NCBI GenBank assembly: GCA_003331565.1 | Contig: QOPE01000001.1 | Location: 15,823-79,822 of the forward strand | Length of the DNA stretch: 64,000 nt | Source: SAR86 cluster bacterium | Lineage (GTDB): Bacteria; Pseudomonadota; Gammaproteobacteria; Magnimaribacterales; D2472 | Direction: 5' to 3' | Shown here: piece by piece, positions 58,846 to 64,000 of the stretch | Layout: every line of letters starts with the position of its first letter | Numbering within the stretch: position 1 is the stretch's first letter | Notes under the pieces: model-generated | Database searches by the model: none | What the model was told of the DNA's origin: nothing | The model's input: the letters and a program-made list of their open reading frames with translations, nothing else | Program-made: the position numbers and the translations under genes

Positions 58846-60112
58846 CTGTTGGTAGTTCAAACCAGCTTGTTGTATACCTAGGTGACACATTTGCTCTTCT
58901 CATCGCTGTGAATCCTATTTTGCTTTGAGAAGCAAAATTTACTTGAGTGCTAGAGTGATTAATTTTATCAAGAGTTTTCATTAGTTGATTGTTGCGCCTT
59001 GCTCCGTTTATTTGCTCGAATAGCTCATACTGTAAAACATTATCATCAGTAAACTGACTTAACATTACACCTGCTTTTGCATAACAAAAACCATGTCTGA
59101 ATATCTTGGGAAGAATCCATCGTATGCCGGATAAGATATCCCGAGTATCGTCGCTAGGCTGATGCAAAGTATAGAATTTTATGGTTTGATGCTGCCTGTC
59201 TTGTTTCCTAAAAGGGCTTGTCCTAATAAAGACACCAACTTTTGAGCATAGCTGACCCTCTTTTCGAAGTTTCTCGCATGCCCTGACACCAAAATCATTC
59301 ACAATAGGTGAAAGAGTATTGAGATCACTGATTTTATTCGCAAAGCTTCTGCTAACAACAATTTGTTTTTTGGGAGCAGGATTTTCATCCATTGCCAAGC
59401 ATCTTTCTCCTCTTAATTCCCTTACTGTTCTTTCTAAAACCACACTATATTTCTTTCTAATCAATGGAATGTTTGAGCATGCTAAGTCATAAGCATTTTT
59501 CATCCCAGAATCGCTAAGCTTTTTATTAAGTCGTCTTCCCACTCCCCATACCTGATGAATGGGTACTCTTTTTAATGCGATCTCAATATCTTTTTGATTA
59601 TTAGTGATGCTGAAAATGCCAGGATGATGCGTTTGTTGTTTAGCCAAATAACTTGCAACTTTGGTCAAGGTTTTAGTCGGAGCAATCCCAATTCTTACTG
59701 GAATCCCAACCCACTGCTTAACAATATTTCTGCAGTATACTCCGAAGTCATTGGCCGCATCATGACTTTCAAGTGCCAAGTTTTCTAAGTCAAGAAACGC
59801 TTCATCAATACTGTATATCTCTATTTTTTTTGACATTTGAGATAGTACGCTCATGACTCTGCTTGAAATATCTCCGTATAAAGCAAAGTTCGACGAAAAA
59901 ACTTGACCTCCACTCTTTAGAAAATCTTCTTTTACTTTGAACCATGGAGCTCCCATTTGGATACCAAAGTCTTTTGATTCTTTGCTACGAGCTATCACAC
60001 AACCATCGTTATTTGAAAGTACAACGATTGGTACTTTTTTCAGATCAGGCCTAAAGATTCTTTCACAAGACGCATAAAAATTCTCACAATCCACTAATGC
60101 CAACAGATCCAT
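58838..60112 (-). CDS. umuC: DNA polymerase V catalytic subunit UmuC (Y-family)
   Basis: It has the Y-family N-terminus ALVDCENFYASCERIFRPDL, the SIDEAFLD acidic motif and GVGRR. It lies directly downstream of umuD. Confidence 0.9.
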   Translation of the reverse strand: MDLLALVDCENFYASCERIFRPDLKKVPIVVLSNNDGCVIARSKESKDFGIQMGAPWFKVKEDFLKSGGQVFSSNFALYGDISSRVMSVLSQMSKKIEIYSIDEAFLDLENLALESHDAANDFGVYCRNIVKQWVGIPVRIGIAPTKTLTKVASYLAKQQTHHPGIFSITNNQKDIEIALKRVPIHQVWGVGRRLNKKLSDSGMKNAYDLACSNIPLIRKKYSVVLERTVRELRGERCLAMDENPAPKKQIVVSRSFANKISDLNTLSPIVNDFGVRACEKLRKEGQLCSKVGVFIRTSPFRKQDRQHQTIKFYTLHQPSDDTRDILSGIRWILPKIFRHGFCYAKAGVMLSQFTDDNVLQYELFEQINGARRNNQLMKTLDKINHSSTQVNFASQSKIGFTAMRRANVSPRYTTSWFELPTVN

Positions 60113-60113
60113 A

Positions 60114-60545
60114 TTATTTATATATATTGATTGCTGCTGTCACAACGCCTATAACTTCTAGTTCATGACCTTGCTCAATAAAAATGGGTTGGTATTTAGC
60201 ATTTTCTGCTATCAGTGCAATACGTGGTTTTAATTGTAATCTTTTGCATAAGAATTCACCGTCGATAGATGCAACAACGATATCGTTATGATTAGGTTTA
60301 ATGCTTCTATCCACAATTAATACTGCGCCACTACCTATGTTCGCATTGATCATTGAATCACCAGAAGCTTTTACTAGAAACGTAGCCACTTGATTCTTAA
60401 TCAAGTACTGATTCAAATCAATTGGAGTTTCTAGGTAATCATTTGCTGGGCTCGGAAAACCAACAGGGACGCTCTCCGCAAAGAATGGAGTATAGTTTTG
60501 AGGCAGAGAATCCGCCGATATATTACCGATATAGCTTAATTTCAT
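60114..60545 (-). CDS. umuD: translesion polymerase V accessory subunit UmuD (LexA-like S24 peptidase)
   Basis: It is co-linear with E. coli UmuD, sharing GFPSPANDY, Ser in ASGDSM and Lys in FLCKRLQ. The cleavage-site dipeptide reads Val-Gly. Confidence 0.9.
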   Translation of the reverse strand: MKLSYIGNISADSLPQNYTPFFAESVPVGFPSPANDYLETPIDLNQYLIKNQVATFLVKASGDSMINANIGSGAVLIVDRSIKPNHNDIVVASIDGEFLCKRLQLKPRIALIAENAKYQPIFIEQGHELEVIGVVTAAINIYK

Positions 60546-60556
60546 AAAGGATAAAG

Positions 60557-60576
60557 TACTGTATAAATATACAGTA
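60557..60576. promoter_or_regulatory. SOS (LexA) box, consensus: TACTGTATAAATATACAGTA
   Basis: It is a perfect CTGT-N8-ACAG palindrome 11 nt upstream of the umuD ATG. Confidence 0.9.
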
Positions 60577-60607
60577 TTAAGTTTTTAAAGACAACTGGAT
60601 TGAAGGT

Positions 60608-61330
60608 TTAGATTTTAAACTCTTCCAAATTTTGAGATGTTGAATCCAGATAAAAACACCAGCCTGTTTTATCCCAATCACCAAGAACCACACGTTTTAA
60701 TTTAGAATTTTTGCCATCAAGCTCATGAATATTTGGCTTATGGGTATGACCATGGATAAGCAAGTCGATATCATGCTTATCAAAAAATGAAGTTACTTCA
60801 TTTGTGTTAACGTCCATGATCATTAAATCTTTTTGGGAAGAATTTTTTTTGCTGGCATCACGCATACTTGAAGCAATTGATTTTCGTTCAACCAGAGATT
60901 TATTGAGGAACTCAGTCTTCCATTTGGGTGAGCGAACTTGCTTTTTAAATGTTTGATATTCAGTATCATCAACACAAAACATATCACCATGCGAAAGAGC
61001 AATTTTTTTTCCGAAATAGTCAAAAAAGAAAGGGTCTGGAAGTAATGAGATACCAGTAGATTCTGCGAAAGAGCTATCTAAAAGAAAGTCTCTATTACCG
61101 TGAATAAAAAATATTTCTAAACCTGCTTTAGATGCTTTGCTAAGGGCATTTTTTGTTGAAGTAATTAATGATGACGAATCATCATCACCGATCCATACCT
61201 CATAAAGGTCTCCCAGAATATAGAGTTGATCCAAATTGGAGGAGTGTGATTTTAGAAAATCTACAAAAGCATTAGTGAGTGAAGTATCTGTTTCTGATAG
61301 ATGTAAATCAGAAATAAAGCCGAGGTTCAT
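60608..61330 (-). CDS. lpxH: UDP-2,3-diacylglucosamine diphosphatase
   Basis: Calcineurin-like phosphoesterase motifs are FISDLHL, GDLYE, HGNRD and HGHTH. Synteny with the PPIase gene matches E. coli. Confidence 0.9.
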   Translation of the reverse strand: MNLGFISDLHLSETDTSLTNAFVDFLKSHSSNLDQLYILGDLYEVWIGDDDSSSLITSTKNALSKASKAGLEIFFIHGNRDFLLDSSFAESTGISLLPDPFFFDYFGKKIALSHGDMFCVDDTEYQTFKKQVRSPKWKTEFLNKSLVERKSIASSMRDASKKNSSQKDLMIMDVNTNEVTSFFDKHDIDLLIHGHTHKPNIHELDGKNSKLKRVVLGDWDKTGWCFYLDSTSQNLEEFKI

Positions 61331-61950
61331 TCACTAATAGAGACAGAGTTAATGATTACAGGATTTGCTGGGGCATCTTGATAGCCATTGATAACCATAG
61401 TAGGACTTAGTGCAATACTATCAACTACCTCCATGCCTTCAATTACTTTTCCAAAGACCGCATAGCCCCATCCTTGAGTAGTCTCTGAAGAGAAGTTTAG
61501 AAAATTATTGTCCGCATGATTAATAAAGAACTGACTCGTAGCAGAGTGGGGATCCATTGTCCTTGCCATGGCGATAGTACCTCTATCATTTTTAAGACCA
61601 TTATTAGCTTCATTTTTAATCGCATCAGACTCTGAAGGTTTGTTTTGCATGTCAGCATCAAGGCCGCCACCTTGAACCATGAATCCTTCAATGATTCGAT
61701 GGAATATCGTATCAGTGTAATAACCGCTATTAGCGAGTGAAATAAAATTATCTACAGATATAGGCGCATTCTCTTTATCAAGCTCAATTTTTATTTCTCC
61801 TGCAGAAGTTGAGATAGTTGCAATCGGCATATTGTTCTCCATTAAAACGGTTTGTTGATTAGAGGCCTCAGAGCAGCTCATCACACAAAAAAAACCAATA
61901 AATAATAAAGCAGTTTTCTTTTGAAATTTTGCAGTAGATTTAATTTTCAC
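61327..61950 (-). CDS. cyclophilin-type peptidyl-prolyl cis-trans isomerase, probable lipoprotein
   Basis: It has the cyclophilin core (FHRIIEGFMVQGG, SATSQFFIN) and a signal peptide with lipobox VMSC. The start is GTG. Confidence 0.85.
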   Translation of the reverse strand: MKIKSTAKFQKKTALLFIGFFCVMSCSEASNQQTVLMENNMPIATISTSAGEIKIELDKENAPISVDNFISLANSGYYTDTIFHRIIEGFMVQGGGLDADMQNKPSESDAIKNEANNGLKNDRGTIAMARTMDPHSATSQFFINHADNNFLNFSSETTQGWGYAVFGKVIEGMEVVDSIALSPTMVINGYQDAPANPVIINSVSISE

Positions 61951-62013
61951 TTTGAGAATCTAATATTAATTATTAACTATATGACCTTATAATATAGCAA
62001 TTCTAGTATACAC

Positions 62014-63393
62014 ATGAGTCTTAAGCTTTATAACACTCTCACCAATAAAAAAGAGATTTTTGAACCCATTGAGCAGGGCAAAGTCGGAATGTATGTTTGC
62101 GGTGTGACCGTATATGACAATTGCCACCTTGGTCATGCACGAGCATATATAGCATTCGATATTTTAGTTCGTTACTTCGAGTACCAAGGCTACAAAGTTA
62201 ATTACGTTAGAAACATAACTGACATTGAAGATAAGATTATTGAGCGAGCTAATGAGAATTCAGAGTCAATATATGATTTAACAAGCAGAACAATTGCAAG
62301 CATGCACGCAGACTTTCAAGGGCTTGGATTAATTGAACCAAACAGTGAGCCAAAAGCTACTGAATATATTGATGGTATGGTGACAATGATTGAGGATTTG
62401 ATAGCGAAAGGTCATGCATATGTTGCAGATAATAATGATGTATTTTTTTCTGTAAGAAGTTATGAGGAGTATGGAAAATTATCTAACAAAGTTCTTGATG
62501 ATTTAGACCCAGGATCAAGAATTTCAGAGGATCAGGCAAAAGCTGACCCATTAGATTTTGTTTTATGGAAAAGCGCAAAACCTGAGGAACCATCATGGAA
62601 CTCGCCATGGGGGAAGGGAAGACCTGGCTGGCACATTGAGTGCTCTGTGATGTCTTTAGAAAAGCTTGGGAAGAATTTTGATATTCATGGAGGCGGACCA
62701 GATTTAATTTTTCCACATCATGAAAATGAGATTGCTCAATCAAAATGCTCAAACGATTCTGAGTTTGCAAATTATTGGATTCATTCAGGATTGTTGAAGA
62801 TCGGTGGTGAAAAGATGTCAAAGTCGCTTGGTAACTTTGCTTTGATCAAAGATTTAATTAAGCAATATCATTTTGAAGTCATAAGACTTTTCTTAATATC
62901 CAGTCACTATAGAAGCGAATTAAGTTTTGATGAAGGCTCTTTAAACCAAGCAAGAGCAGCACTAGAAAGACTTTATACAACTTTACAATTAAATGATGAA
63001 GATGCTGAAAACACCGCTACAGATAATCCTTTCATCGAAGCATTTGAGATGGCCATGAATGATGACTTAAATACACCTAAGGCTGTAAGTATTCTCTTTG
63101 ATATTGCAAAGGAATTAAATTCAAACAAGGACAAGAATTCTAGGAGTGAAGAATTATATGCATTTAAAACCATTGCAAATAACTTAGGCTTGCTTACTGA
63201 CAAGCCTGAAAACTTTTTTAAATTCGGAGTCGAAGTGGACGATTTATTCATTCAAGAAAAAATAGATGCTAGGAATCAAGCTCGCAAAGAAAAAGATTTT
63301 AAAAAAGCGGATCAAATTAGGAATGAATTATCTGATTTGGGTATTCTTCTTGATGATGGCCCTGATGGAACAACCTGGAAAACGAATAGCTGA
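62014..63393 (+). CDS. cysS: cysteine--tRNA ligase
   Basis: It has the class I motifs HLGHA and KMSKS. Confidence 0.95.
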   Translation: MSLKLYNTLTNKKEIFEPIEQGKVGMYVCGVTVYDNCHLGHARAYIAFDILVRYFEYQGYKVNYVRNITDIEDKIIERANENSESIYDLTSRTIASMHADFQGLGLIEPNSEPKATEYIDGMVTMIEDLIAKGHAYVADNNDVFFSVRSYEEYGKLSNKVLDDLDPGSRISEDQAKADPLDFVLWKSAKPEEPSWNSPWGKGRPGWHIECSVMSLEKLGKNFDIHGGGPDLIFPHHENEIAQSKCSNDSEFANYWIHSGLLKIGGEKMSKSLGNFALIKDLIKQYHFEVIRLFLISSHYRSELSFDEGSLNQARAALERLYTTLQLNDEDAENTATDNPFIEAFEMAMNDDLNTPKAVSILFDIAKELNSNKDKNSRSEELYAFKTIANNLGLLTDKPENFFKFGVEVDDLFIQEKIDARNQARKEKDFKKADQIRNELSDLGILLDDGPDGTTWKTNS

Positions 63394-63396
63394 GTT

Positions 63397-63660
63397 ATGC
63401 ATGAAGTAAAAAGCTATCAAATGTTTTTGTACAGATTAGAAGATAATTTATTAAAAATCACATCTTTAGAGAGAAGAATTTCAATGAAAGAAGGTAATGG
63501 ACTTAATCCAACAAACGAAAAACAACTCCTAAAAGAACTCATTGAAAAGCAGACCCTTATTGTAAGAAAATTGATTGATGATTTAGGAATTCAGGTTGAG
63601 GATAGTGGTGATGAAGAGCGAAATAGAATTGCAAAAAGGATACTAAAAGCTCTAAGTTAA
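63397..63660 (+). CDS. hypothetical small protein
   Basis: This 87-aa, probably helical ORF fills the gap between cysS and tRNA-Asn. I recognise no motif. Confidence 0.4.
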   Translation: MHEVKSYQMFLYRLEDNLLKITSLERRISMKEGNGLNPTNEKQLLKELIEKQTLIVRKLIDDLGIQVEDSGDEERNRIAKRILKALS

Positions 63661-63663
63661 GAA

Positions 63664-63739
63664 TGGCTCCCCGAGCAGGGCTCGAACCTGCGACAAATTG
63701 ATTAACAGTCAACTGCTCTACCAACTGAGCTATCGGGGA
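63664..63739 (-). tRNA. tRNA-Asn (anticodon GUU)
   Basis: The reverse complement TCCCCGATAGCTCAGTTGGTAGAGCAGTTGACTGTTAATCAATTTGTCGCAGGTTCGAGCCCTGCTCGGGGAGCCA folds as a 76-nt cloverleaf with anticodon loop CTGTTAA, T-loop GGTTCGAG and an encoded CCA. Confidence 0.92.
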
Positions 63740-63787
63740 ACAAGGTTGGCATTATAAATAAAAAACATAGAAAGTAATATATTAACC

Positions 63788-64000
63788 ATGACAAAAGTGT
63801 TGAAGGTACATTCAGATTTTGATCCTGCAGGCCATCAATCTATGGCTATTCAGCAGGCAGTTGAAGGCTTAAATGATGGACTGTTGCATCAAGTTCTATT
63901 AGGTGTCACTGGGTCTGGTAAAACTTACACGATGGCAAAGATCATTGAAGAAACTCAAAGACCTGCAATCATAATGGCGCCCAATAAAACTCTAGCGGCT
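63788..64000 (+). CDS. uvrB: excinuclease ABC subunit B, 3'-truncated by window edge
   Basis: It is not on the ORF track because it runs off the window. My translation [50 protein letters not shown]...APNKTLAA is co-linear with the E. coli UvrB N-terminus, including Walker A. Confidence 0.9.
   Translation, partial: MTKVLKVHSDFDPAGHQSMAIQQAVEGLNDGLLHQVLLGVTGSGKTYTMAKIIEETQRPAIIMAPNKTLAA

Noticed and set aside
63740-63787. An SOS box might be expected upstream of uvrB, as in E. coli.
   Set aside because: No CTGT-N8-ACAG-like sequence is present in the 48-bp spacer between tRNA-Asn and the uvrB ATG.
1-64000. I looked for CRISPR arrays, tandem repeats, IS elements, REP-like repeats, riboswitches and leader peptides upstream of the leu, trp and pur genes.
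   Set aside because: I could see none by eye. The biosynthetic genes are joined by overlaps with no leader regions. A computational repeat or covariance-model scan (for example Rfam or CRISPR finders) would be needed to exclude small elements.

Overview
This is a very gene-dense, low-GC chromosomal segment with about 65 protein genes, 2 tRNAs and almost no intergenic DNA. All calls come from reading the supplied translations and the DNA by eye. No database or HMM search was possible, so family names rest on recognised motifs and synteny.

Gene content and order point to a gammaproteobacterium with a streamlined genome. The evidence is the block leuC-leuD-leuB-asd-fimV-truA-trpF...accD-SPOR-cvpA-purF, the lpxH-PPIase pair divergent from cysS, and lexA and umuDC with E. 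coli-type CTGT-N8-ACAG SOS boxes. A marine SAR86-like lineage is only a guess.

Layout:
- 1-4.3 kb: an AT-richer glycan-type gene set (5'-truncated ABC exporter, FkbM and class I methyltransferases, GT2) ending at tRNA-Leu(UAA).
- 4.5-8.5 kb: housekeeping genes (tadA, xthA, prc).
- 8.5-25 kb: an acyl-CoA catabolic neighbourhood. It holds a seven-gene atu-like operon (acyl-CoA carboxylase beta and alpha, an embedded TetR, an AtuA/DUF1446 protein, a crotonase and two acyl-CoA dehydrogenases), a second acyl-CoA dehydrogenase (ACAD) pair, nitronate monooxygenase, GST, an LLM oxidoreductase, an RraA-family protein and an alcohol dehydrogenase.
- 26-34 kb: cobB, nadK, rhomboid, galU, pyrD, topA, lexA.
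- 34-40 kb: a 5'-nucleotidase-thrH-queH-prpBCD chain.
- 40-55.7 kb: an Ntn-acylase, aroC, and the leu/asd/fimV/truA/trp/accD/purF block.
- 55.7-64 kb: acnB, umuDC, lpxH, PPIase, cysS, tRNA-Asn(GUU) and the start of uvrB.

I found no CRISPR array, transposase, integrase, prophage or recognisable defence system.

The best candidates for something under-described:
- The atu-like operon, built around a protein family of unknown biochemistry, with twin ATTAG-N5-CTAAT palindromes in its 101-bp control region.
- Two adjacent ACAD pairs whose smaller members lack a catalytic Glu, suggesting alpha/beta heteromers.
- An SOS box in a 50-bp bidirectional spacer that could also control the chain leading into prpBCD.
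- A UmuD with Val-Gly at the self-cleavage site.
- Pervasive start/stop and convergent gene overlaps, including recurrent TTGA junctions.
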